Assembly: GCA_964507055.1 (NCBI GenBank)
Contig: CAZDOJ010000002.1
Span: 687 to 64,686, forward strand
Reading direction: 5' to 3'
DNA length: 64,000 bases
Origin: an uncultured Gammaproteobacteria bacterium
GTDB taxonomy: Bacteria > Patescibacteriota > Microgenomatia > Levybacterales > UBA12049
The first letter of the stretch is position 1. Each line of letters begins with the position of its first letter. Below are positions 35,776 to 44,068 of the stretch, piece after piece. The notes under the pieces were generated by a model, which had not been told where the DNA came from, did not search any database, and saw only the letters and a program-made list of their open reading frames with translations. The translations under genes and the position numbers were made by a program.

Positions 35776-38148
35776 TTACTGGGATCCAAGTGCTTGTTGG
35801 ATTGCACTTTTATATGCATCAGATCTAGCTTGATTCACAGTGCCACTTTCAGTAATAAAGCCTAAGTAATCACGTCCAGAATAGCCGTTCATAGTAAACA
35901 TATGTATCTCTTTAACCCATGGTCTATCCTTTGCAATTTTAACAAACTCTGGCATTGCACTGATATATTCTTGTTCAGAAGATGCTCGTTGATCTGTTAA
36001 ATTCATTTCAGTAATAATGAATGGTTTGCCATTTCCTCCCGGTTTGGACCACGCCCAAGCCTTTTTTTCATCAAGAACACTTGCCATTTCACTTGGTGTA
36101 AAGTAGAGATGGATTTCAAATCCATCAGCTAATTCGTATAGGTCAGGTACAGCGGCAAGGACTTGTTCTTGCCAGGTATTACTATCTGGATCAAGTGCTA
36201 CATATATTTTTGCATTTGGATTTGCAGCATGCCCGGCGATAATTGCATCCTTCATAATTCGTCCATAGGAAGCAGGGTCAATATCTCCTCCACGGAACCA
36301 ATTTCCATATGGTTCATTCATCCCTGAAAATGATTCGACTGCATATTGTGCTTGGTCTGGCTTGTTAGCAAAGTATGTTCCTCCTGGTCCATATTTTTTC
36401 ACTGCTTCTGCCATCTTGTTGGCATAATCTTGTCGATGTTTATCGAGGGAGGATAATCCTTCACCATCATTGACACAAAGCGATAAGTGCATTCCTTGAG
36501 CAGCTAGGGCCGGCAAGCCACCATTTGCGTCTTCAATGTTCACTTCACCCAGACAATCACGTGTTCCATTAACACCAAGAAGTGATTTAGCTCTTGCAGC
36601 AGCTCCATATCCGACTACTCCTGTTGCTCCATAAATCTTTTGCCCTGCTGTAGGAGCTGTCGATGGATTTGTACTTGGAGTTGGGGAAGTCCCAAAGAGC
36701 GTAGGAGTTGGATCCTGTGTAGGTTGTGCTCCAGTTGTAGGCACAGTTGTTGGCTCCACAGCATTGGTTGGTTCAGGGCATGGTGAAGGATTGCCCGGAT
36801 CTGTTGGGAGTGGGACATTGCCCCCACGAAGGATGTATTCGATAAGCCAGATCAGGAACTTCATAAACCGTTCGATGAAACCACCACCACGACCATGCTT
36901 GTGTTTTTTATGTTTTTTCTTGTTATGCATGACACTGCTTGTGCTTTCTTGACACGGGTTTATTGAAGGATACGGTGTACTTGCTCCACCTGAGGGATTA
37001 ACACCACCGCTAGGGACTGTTGATGGGTTTGTAGCACCACCACTCGGTGCGGCAGAGGTCGAAGGATTAATTGGTGCACAAGGAGGTTCTCCCACGCCAC
37101 CGACACAATAAATGGTTGGCGTAATAAGTGAAGGAGCTGTAGTAATCTGCGTTCCTGTCGAAGGTTGAACTCCTCCTGCAACTGGTGTGTAGCTGTTCCA
37201 CTCTTTTAACACTCGAAGTTTCTCCCACGGAATACCATTCATTTGATAGTAATCGCTGGTAAATCCTACGCTTGGATAAGGATCAGGTTTATCCATTGGA
37301 TGTTCAAATTGGAATGCCATACCTGCACCGCCACAGTCGATAACATATGCACCGTATTTTTGTAGTGCTTTTGCTACTGTTTTTTCACCTGCCGACATAG
37401 AGAGAGAATCAACATTTACAGATGGATCAAGCTGAATACGTGCACCTTCGGGGATTGCTCCAGCTCCACTATACTTTCCATCAGTTTTAACTGCAGGGAA
37501 GCGAATTTCATCAACGGCACAATAACTAGACGAGAATACTAAAGCATGCTCAATATTTCCTTGTTGCATTTCGTATGTTCTGACAATTCCAGCCAAACGT
37601 GAAGTTCCAGCTCCAATTGCTGAATTTTCAGGGGACCCTCGTCCGTCACCATCAAGGGGCAGAATTCCTCCCCAATTAGTCGTGGCTTTATCGTTTTTAT
37701 AAACCCAGAATTCATAACTTTTTCTTGAAGATAAATCAACAATCACCATTTGTCCGTCTGAGCCGGGAGCTTGCTTCGCATCGTCTGGGATTGGGACTTG
37801 TTCTGTCGAAATACCACAAGTACCCCAACTCTCAGTACAATTTATGTTATATTTGGGTGTATTTGCATCAGCGAAATATATAGGAGTACCGAACTCATAC
37901 AGGTCCGCAACCTTATCTCCACCGGCTAATGTTTGAACCATCTCAGCACTTTTCGGATCCAGTTGTACATTTGTGCCAATAGGCTGGTTCCATGCACTAT
38001 CATCTGCAAAAGGTCTTCCAGCATTTGGAGTCATATTTGTCGAAGCTTTACTGCGGTTATCTTGTTGTTGAAATACTGAGAAAATAGTGAGAGGAATTGC
38101 TAATGCAATTAATAGAGTAGGTATCAGGATATTAGGTTTTCTTCCCAT
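35776..38148 (-). CDS. Secreted modular protein: QQQDNRSKA leader, unknown N-terminal domain, shared cassette, and a C-terminal clan GH-A (GH5-like) TIM-barrel glycoside hydrolase.
   Basis: Leader FSVFQQQDNRSKAS. Putative acid/base GMNEPYG and nucleophile FIITEMN motifs, with FEIHLYF between them. Confidence 0.55.
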   Translation of the reverse strand: MGRKPNILIPTLLIALAIPLTIFSVFQQQDNRSKASTNMTPNAGRPFADDSAWNQPIGTNVQLDPKSAEMVQTLAGGDKVADLYEFGTPIYFADANTPKYNINCTESWGTCGISTEQVPIPDDAKQAPGSDGQMVIVDLSSRKSYEFWVYKNDKATTNWGGILPLDGDGRGSPENSAIGAGTSRLAGIVRTYEMQQGNIEHALVFSSSYCAVDEIRFPAVKTDGKYSGAGAIPEGARIQLDPSVNVDSLSMSAGEKTVAKALQKYGAYVIDCGGAGMAFQFEHPMDKPDPYPSVGFTSDYYQMNGIPWEKLRVLKEWNSYTPVAGGVQPSTGTQITTAPSLITPTIYCVGGVGEPPCAPINPSTSAAPSGGATNPSTVPSGGVNPSGGASTPYPSINPCQESTSSVMHNKKKHKKHKHGRGGGFIERFMKFLIWLIEYILRGGNVPLPTDPGNPSPCPEPTNAVEPTTVPTTGAQPTQDPTPTLFGTSPTPSTNPSTAPTAGQKIYGATGVVGYGAAARAKSLLGVNGTRDCLGEVNIEDANGGLPALAAQGMHLSLCVNDGEGLSSLDKHRQDYANKMAEAVKKYGPGGTYFANKPDQAQYAVESFSGMNEPYGNWFRGGDIDPASYGRIMKDAIIAGHAANPNAKIYVALDPDSNTWQEQVLAAVPDLYELADGFEIHLYFTPSEMASVLDEKKAWAWSKPGGNGKPFIITEMNLTDQRASSEQEYISAMPEFVKIAKDRPWVKEIHMFTMNGYSGRDYLGFITESGTVNQARSDAYKSAIQQALGSQ
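36690..37130 (-). repeat. Copy 1 of the shared ~140-aa Cys/polybasic/hydrophobic cassette (conserved at nucleotide level).
   Basis: LITPTIYCVGGVGEPPCAPI ... PYPSINPCQESTSSVMHNKKKHKKHKHGRGGGFIERFMKFLIWLIEYILRGGNVPLPTDPGNPSPCPEPT. Confidence 0.8.
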
Positions 38149-38201
38149 AGATAATAAGTAGTTCTAGTTTATATAAAAAATGGGGGTAAATACAAGTGTA
38201 A

Positions 38202-40205
38202 CTAGCGGCCAAGTGTGTTTATGAGAGAAGTATAAGCAGGTTTGGGTTGGAAATTAGAATCAAACATCAACGGATTTTGTCCCGAAAGCCATGTGTGTCC
38301 ATCGTAAAGTCCCCACGTTGTTATACCTGTGCATCCATTCTGTTTGCAAGCTGTCCCAAGTTCTGCATATCTACCGGCTTGATCGTCAATATTGATAACA
38401 TCAAGTTCAGTGATTTCAGCTTTTACTCCAGCTTCAGTAAGTCGTTTGATATTTGCACCGATTTCTGTACCAGTTCCTGGATAATCTCCCGCTGAATGCG
38501 TTTGGAGGCCGACTCCATTAATTGGGATCCCACGTGCCTTAAAGTCTTTTACCATATTGTAGACTGCATCAGATTTTGCTTTTTTATTCCCACCGCGATC
38601 GGCGATTCCTTCAGTCCCATAATCGTTATAGAATAACTCTGCATTTGGATCTGCTTCATGTGCCCATTGGAACGCTTTTGCAATGTAATCATCTCCAAGT
38701 TTTTGTTTCCAGACAGTATCTCTTAATGAACCATCATCATTAAATGCTTCGTTCACCACATCCCATTGTGCAACTTTTCCTTTATATCTTGTGACGACAG
38801 TTTGTATATGGTTTTTTAGTGCTGTTTCAGCTTCCGCATTACTTAATCCATCAACCCAGCCTGGTACTTCAATATGCCAAACGAGTGTATGGCCCCGAAC
38901 TCGCATATTATTTGCTTGTGCATAGTTCACTATTTTATCTGCACCGTCCCAATTAAACTGCCCTTGAGTTGGTTCAAGGGGACCAAACTTCATTGCATTT
39001 TCAGGGGTGAGGGAATCGAATTTATAGGTTTTTAATGTGTTAGTAAATGTTGCATTGTCGAGTTGGTCTGGTTCTATGGCTGCTCCCAAACGTACAGTCC
39101 CTGTTGAGGGGGCTGTTGTTGGGATTGTTCCAAAGAGCGTAGGGGTCGGATCCTGTGTAGGCTGTGCTCCCGTTGTCGGAACAATTGTTGGCTCCACGGC
39201 ATTGGTTGGTTCAGGACAAGGTGAAGGATTTCCTGGATCTGTTGGGAGTGGAACATTGCCACCACGAAGGATGTATTCGATTAACCAAATGAGGAATTTC
39301 ATAAACCTTTCGATGAAACCACCGCCACGACCGTGCTTATGTTTTTTATGTTTTTTCTTGTTATGCATGACACTACTTGTACTTTCTTGGCATGGGTCGA
39401 TTGAAGGATACGGCGTACTTGCTCCACCTGAAGGTGTAACACCACCAGTGACACCTGGCGTTCCATTGCCAGGAGTACCTCCACCAGTACTCGGAGTTGT
39501 TGTTCCAATCGGAGCACAAGGAGGTTCGCCAACACCACCGACACAATAGATTGTTGGTGTGATGAGTGTGGGAACAGGCTGTGTGGGTTGCACTGTTGTA
39601 GTTGTTGCAGGAATTGATTGCAAACAAGTCTTGGATTGGGGATCAAATACATTACCAGAAAACACTTCACGTCCTGCAGGAGGATTTACTTCAACTGCTG
39701 TTGTTTCTTTCGTCCACTGATTCTCACACTGAATGACACTATCTCCGGAATTGGTATCGCTGGTCATCCATATATCGATATGATATTTCTGACCGCTAGA
39801 CCAATCTGATATACATTGGGCACAGGTATCTTCCATGACGCCGTATTTTTTGAGAAAAGGAATATATACTTTTGTGCCAGCAGGAAATTCATTTGGATCG
39901 GTCGCAAATGTGACAGGATCTTCAAATGTTCCTACACCTCCTGCGGATTGATGAATTCCGGGAAGGGCAATATTTGCACTTGGAGGATCATTGTCTGGCC
40001 AGCCATAGAATGTTACCTGCATGTCTATTGTTTCAGTGGCTACTGTCTTTGCTGCCAGTGTTGATTCTTTTGGATTATCTTGTTGGCTATTTCGTTGCTG
40101 TAAATCTGCGTTATACTGTTGCGTTAGAGAATGAAGTGTAATGACTGGAACTATGACAATAGTGGCGAAAAGTATAAGTAATAAATGAGTCTTTTTCATA
40201 GTCAA
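38202..40205 (-). CDS. Secreted modular protein: N-terminal DPBB-fold (RlpA/3D/expansin-like) domain, shared cassette, and a C-terminal GH10 endo-1,4-beta-xylanase domain.
   Basis: GH10 blocks GHTLVWH, WDVVNEAFNDDGSLR, ITELDV, ITTWGLYDGHTW. N-terminal VTFYGWPDNDPP ... TKVYIPF. Confidence 0.75.
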   Translation of the reverse strand: MTMKKTHLLLILFATIVIVPVITLHSLTQQYNADLQQRNSQQDNPKESTLAAKTVATETIDMQVTFYGWPDNDPPSANIALPGIHQSAGGVGTFEDPVTFATDPNEFPAGTKVYIPFLKKYGVMEDTCAQCISDWSSGQKYHIDIWMTSDTNSGDSVIQCENQWTKETTAVEVNPPAGREVFSGNVFDPQSKTCLQSIPATTTTVQPTQPVPTLITPTIYCVGGVGEPPCAPIGTTTPSTGGGTPGNGTPGVTGGVTPSGGASTPYPSIDPCQESTSSVMHNKKKHKKHKHGRGGGFIERFMKFLIWLIEYILRGGNVPLPTDPGNPSPCPEPTNAVEPTIVPTTGAQPTQDPTPTLFGTIPTTAPSTGTVRLGAAIEPDQLDNATFTNTLKTYKFDSLTPENAMKFGPLEPTQGQFNWDGADKIVNYAQANNMRVRGHTLVWHIEVPGWVDGLSNAEAETALKNHIQTVVTRYKGKVAQWDVVNEAFNDDGSLRDTVWKQKLGDDYIAKAFQWAHEADPNAELFYNDYGTEGIADRGGNKKAKSDAVYNMVKDFKARGIPINGVGLQTHSAGDYPGTGTEIGANIKRLTEAGVKAEITELDVINIDDQAGRYAELGTACKQNGCTGITTWGLYDGHTWLSGQNPLMFDSNFQPKPAYTSLINTLGR
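39140..39570 (-). repeat. Copy 2 of the shared cassette.
   Basis: Identical polybasic-hydrophobic core to copy 1. Confidence 0.8.
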
Positions 40206-40237
40206 TTTGAAAATAATGTATCTACAAAGAAATTAAA

Positions 40238-41329
40238 CTAATTCTTTGGAGACATGCATGTTCCCGTAGCTTGATTCCAAATAGGATTTGGATCTACTGC
40301 AAGGTTTGCTGGAGGGTCGATAATAATTTGTTCATTACCAGATGGGGTGAGTGATTCTTCACATTGTATAACTGATTCACTATCTGAAGGATTTCCTACG
40401 TAGAGATCAACCATAGTTACTGCACCACATCCATCAGGAGCTGTCCATGAAACAGCACATTCGTCTTCACGAATAAAGTATTTTTGGACACGAGGGACAT
40501 AGATTTTCTGTCCAAATGCATATTCACCAGGACCAGCAGGGGAGGCAAATGTAAGTGGGTCTTCATATGATCCTGTCCCTCCAGCCTCTTGATGGATAAC
40601 TGGATTTGCAATTGCCTTTGAACCCTTTGGATCATTATCATATGAACCATAAAATGTAATCTTTACAGTTGCCTGAGTTCCACTACCTGTAGAAGGGGAC
40701 ACAGATGGAGAAACTGTTGGAGCCGTAGTTGTCCCAAATGTAGTTGGTGTTGGATCTTGTGTCGGTTGAGCTCCACCTGTTGGTTGGGTTGTAGGTTGTG
40801 GTTCTGTTGTTGGCTCAGGGCAAGGATTTGGAGTTCCTGGATCTGTTGGTGCAGGTACGCTACCGCCTCGAAGAATATATTGAATGAACCAAAATATAAA
40901 TTTAAAGAATCGTTCGAAGAATCCACCACCTCGACCTTGCTTGAACTTCTTTTTCTTTTTGTTATGCATGACACTGTTTGAACTGTCAGTATTACATGGA
41001 TCGACTGAAGGATATGGAGTACTTGCTCCACCTGTTGGATTTGTTACACCGGTAGGAGGAGCTGTAGAAGGTGAAGTACTTGCTCCGTTTGTCGGTGCTG
41101 TCGTTGAGGTTGGTGCCATGGTCGCACATGGAGCGGATCCTACGCCTCCAACACAATAAATTGTTGGTGTGATAAGGGTAGGAGCCATTGCTTGCAAAAC
41201 TGCTGTTTGTTGATTCTCACTAGCAGCTGCTTTACTGCGGTTGTCTTGGTTTTGCGATACAGAAAAAATAGTGAAAGGGAGGGCGAATAATAAAAAGAGG
41301 GTAGAAAGTAATAAGAATTTTTTCTGCAT
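40238..41329 (-). CDS. Secreted protein: QNQDNRSKA leader, a diverged copy of the shared cassette, and a C-terminal DPBB-fold domain.
   Basis: Leader FSVSQNQDNRSKAAA. Cassette SVMHNKKKKKFKQGRGGGFFERFFKFIFWFIQYILRGGSVPAPTDPG. C-terminal VKITFYGSYDNDPKG ... QKIYVPRVQKY. Confidence 0.6.
   Translation of the reverse strand: MQKKFLLLSTLFLLFALPFTIFSVSQNQDNRSKAAASENQQTAVLQAMAPTLITPTIYCVGGVGSAPCATMAPTSTTAPTNGASTSPSTAPPTGVTNPTGGASTPYPSVDPCNTDSSNSVMHNKKKKKFKQGRGGGFFERFFKFIFWFIQYILRGGSVPAPTDPGTPNPCPEPTTEPQPTTQPTGGAQPTQDPTPTTFGTTTAPTVSPSVSPSTGSGTQATVKITFYGSYDNDPKGSKAIANPVIHQEAGGTGSYEDPLTFASPAGPGEYAFGQKIYVPRVQKYFIREDECAVSWTAPDGCGAVTMVDLYVGNPSDSESVIQCEESLTPSGNEQIIIDPPANLAVDPNPIWNQATGTCMSPKN
40759..41185 (-). 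repeat. Copy 3 of the shared cassette (most diverged).
   Basis: See the parent CDS. Confidence 0.7.
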
Positions 41330-41401
41330 CTTACTTATATCGTATCCAAATTAAGGCGGCGTTACAATAGTTGCTTACAAAATAAATTGTACTTGTGAAA
41401 T

Positions 41402-43846
41402 TTATTTCTTGTACATGTGGACCCAATCTACTTCCATCTTACCTTCTTTAACTGGAGTTTGACCGGTGAGATTATCAAGTTGAATTGTTTGGTGCATTGA
41501 AACATTTGGATTTGATCCTTGGCCATCGGTTGAATAGATTTCTTGGCCATCAACATATCCTTTGAACCCAGCAGCTGTCCATTCAAAACCATAGACATGC
41601 CATTGAGAAATATCTACATCTTCTTCATGACTGAAACAATTTTGTGAAGCATTGCCAACACAATGGAGGAATACACCCATACCACTTCCAATATTTGACT
41701 CAAAGTAATCTAATTCACCGTCATTCCAAACATCAGTGTCTGGCCAAAGAATTAATACAGGGTGAGGTGCTGATCCACTCGTTCCTGTAGAATATGCTCG
41801 CATTCTGACTTCCCAGTATCCATATTTTTGTGCAAAGTCAGAAGACATACCACATGTTGATCCATCCGCGAGTTGTGTTTGCGTCAACATACCGTTACCA
41901 AATGTACATTGTGAAGATTTACGTCCACCGCCAACTACGGTATCACCACCGCCGCCGTCATACGCTGTCCATCCTGAAGGCATACTTGTACCATTAAAAT
42001 CTTCGCATTTACTTATCGTATATCCGGTGACTGGGGCATTTGGTGTAGCAGCTGATCCGCCACATGTTGTTGCCGTTGGATCTCCAGTTCCGCCTCCGGT
42101 TGAAGGAACAGGGGAAGCAGCTGTAGAAATAGTTGGAACCGCTGTTGTTCCGAATGTTGTAGGCGTTGGATCTTGTGTTGGCTCAGCTCCTCCTGTTGGT
42201 TCAGTTGTAGGCTGTGGCTCTGTTGTTGGTTCAGGACAAGGGTTATTCGGATCAGTTGGAAGTGGGACATTCCCGCCACGAAGGATATATTCAATTAACC
42301 AGATCAGGAACTTGATGAATCGTTCGATAAAGCCACCACCACGACCATGTTTGTGCTTTTTATGCTTTTTCTTATTATGCATGACACTATTTGTACTTTC
42401 TTGGCATGGTTCAACAGTGGAAGGGTATGGTGTGCTTGCACCACCAGAGGGGTTTACTCCACCAGTAACACCAGGAGTTCCTGAACCTGGAGATCCACCA
42501 CCTGCACCTGGAGTAGTTGTTCCATTAATCGGAGCACAAGGAGGTTCACCAACGCCACCGACACAATAAATTGTTGGTGTAATTAGGGATGGGGATGCAC
42601 TGATTGATGGATTTGCTCCACCGGTTGCACCAAATTCATATGCACCCATATCAATGCCACTGCCAGCAGGTCGAGCTTTATTCTCTTTATCAAATGTTGG
42701 AGCACCGTTAGCATCACCTTTATCAATAGCAGGGGAGCCTGCTGCAAGATGGTAGTCGCCATTACCTACGAAACCTGTCGTCGTAACAAGATTATTACCC
42801 ATTTGCAGGCCATTACCACTTGGATTACTCGTAAAGATGTTATTAAAGACAGGATTCGATCCACTTGGAGCTTCGACTACATTAATTGGCTTATCCTCAT
42901 CAATAGTATTGTTATAAACGCGGATATCTGACAATGTTCCTCCAGATTCTACCCAGAATGTTATACCGCCTCCAGCATTACCGTAGATAACATTATTAAA
43001 GATATCAATATTTCCAGCTTTTTTTGGATTCTCACTTCCTCCATAGGATGTTTCAGCAGCAATCATGATGCCGGCTTTACTTCCTTCGGTTGTGCCATAG
43101 GAAGTATTATTGTAGATTTTAATGCCACTTGAGCCATCGACATAAATGTTTGGACCGCGATTACCAAAGACTACATTGTCGTGAATAGTTCCGTTAACTT
43201 CACCTGCACCATTGTATTTAGCATCAATTCCTTCTTCGCCATTGTCATGAACTTGGCAATTCTTGATCTCAAAGCCTGTTGAGCCGCCAGTAATACTCAA
43301 AGCTTCGCCGTCAGCACCTGTACCTTCAGCATTTGTTCCGTGGATATTACAACCATCAACAACGACGTTTTTACTGCCAGATATTATCAATCCACCATCT
43401 TGTGAGCCATCAATCTCAAAGTCTTTTAGTACTAAACCATCTGCACCGTTGACTTGTGCACCAAAGCTGCTTGAGCCTTTTACTGTAATCCCGATGAGCG
43501 TAACACTCTGACCAGAGATTTTCATTGTGCCATTGGTTATTACGCGTCCTCCAGTTGCTTGAACTGTGACATTGCTTGCAGATATATCAAGTGTTTCATT
43601 ATATGTGCCTGCTGCGACATTGACAGTACCTCCTGATCCTGCTGATTGGATTGCAGAATTGATTGAGCCTCCGGGTTGAACGTCAACTGTTACTCTTGCG
43701 GATGCAGCTTTACTACGATTATCCTGTTGTTGGAGTGCTGCAATGACCGTAATAGGTAGAACGAACATTGTAACGAGAATAGCAAAAAGAACTTTACGAT
43801 TTTTCATCCGTATCTTTATGTTATATACAAAACTCGTGTAATACAA
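41402..43846 (-). CDS. Secreted modular protein: QQQDNRSKA leader, right-handed parallel beta-helix (pectate-lyase-like) domain, shared cassette, and a C-terminal GH16 beta-glucanase domain.
   Basis: Leader IAALQQQDNRSKAAS. PbH1-like repeats (NCQVHDNGEEGID, IHDNVVFGN, IFNNVIYGNAGGG). GH16 catalytic motif WNDGELDYFESN (ExDxxE). Confidence 0.7.
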   Translation of the reverse strand: MYYTSFVYNIKIRMKNRKVLFAILVTMFVLPITVIAALQQQDNRSKAASARVTVDVQPGGSINSAIQSAGSGGTVNVAAGTYNETLDISASNVTVQATGGRVITNGTMKISGQSVTLIGITVKGSSSFGAQVNGADGLVLKDFEIDGSQDGGLIISGSKNVVVDGCNIHGTNAEGTGADGEALSITGGSTGFEIKNCQVHDNGEEGIDAKYNGAGEVNGTIHDNVVFGNRGPNIYVDGSSGIKIYNNTSYGTTEGSKAGIMIAAETSYGGSENPKKAGNIDIFNNVIYGNAGGGITFWVESGGTLSDIRVYNNTIDEDKPINVVEAPSGSNPVFNNIFTSNPSGNGLQMGNNLVTTTGFVGNGDYHLAAGSPAIDKGDANGAPTFDKENKARPAGSGIDMGAYEFGATGGANPSISASPSLITPTIYCVGGVGEPPCAPINGTTTPGAGGGSPGSGTPGVTGGVNPSGGASTPYPSTVEPCQESTNSVMHNKKKHKKHKHGRGGGFIERFIKFLIWLIEYILRGGNVPLPTDPNNPCPEPTTEPQPTTEPTGGAEPTQDPTPTTFGTTAVPTISTAASPVPSTGGGTGDPTATTCGGSAATPNAPVTGYTISKCEDFNGTSMPSGWTAYDGGGGDTVVGGGRKSSQCTFGNGMLTQTQLADGSTCGMSSDFAQKYGYWEVRMRAYSTGTSGSAPHPVLILWPDTDVWNDGELDYFESNIGSGMGVFLHCVGNASQNCFSHEEDVDISQWHVYGFEWTAAGFKGYVDGQEIYSTDGQGSNPNVSMHQTIQLDNLTGQTPVKEGKMEVDWVHMYKK
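42166..42586 (-). repeat. Copy 4 of the shared cassette.
   Basis: SVMHNKKKHKKHKHGRGGGFIERFIKFLIWLIEYILRGGNVPLPTDPNNPCPEPT. Confidence 0.8.
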
Positions 43847-43877
43847 GTATTATTTTAGACTTTCTTTATCTTTAAGA

Positions 43878-44015
43878 TCATCTCGGTTCAATAAGAAATG
43901 GCTCCACGGTTTGTGCCTTGGTTCTATTATCTTGTCCTTGAAGTGCCATAAATACGGCGAATGGAATGACCAGAAGAGAAAGTAAAAGAAGAATAAGAAT
44001 TTCTTTGCGTTTCAT
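43878..44015 (-). CDS. Leader-only mini-ORF (45 aa): signal-anchor helix plus QGQDNRTKA motif, then stop.
   Basis: Manual translation of the minus strand: MKRKEILILLLLSLLVIPFAVFMALQGQDNRTKAQTVEPFLIEPR*. It is below the 60-aa cut-off of the ORF track. Confidence 0.4.
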   Translation of the reverse strand: MKRKEILILLLLSLLVIPFAVFMALQGQDNRTKAQTVEPFLIEPR

Positions 44016-44068
44016 GAACTATAACTATCGTAGCTGAAGAAATCTAGTCTTTCAAGAGAAGGGGAGTA

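Noticed and set aside
36764-42569. Antisense ORFs of 62-180 aa (36764-36952, 39037-39549, 40884-41159, 42027-42569) with near-identical translations (…KPPPRPCLCFLCFFLLCMTLLVLS…).
   Set aside because: These are the open reverse frames of the nucleotide-conserved cassette inside the four CAZyme genes. They are useful as evidence of DNA-level conservation but are not separate genes.
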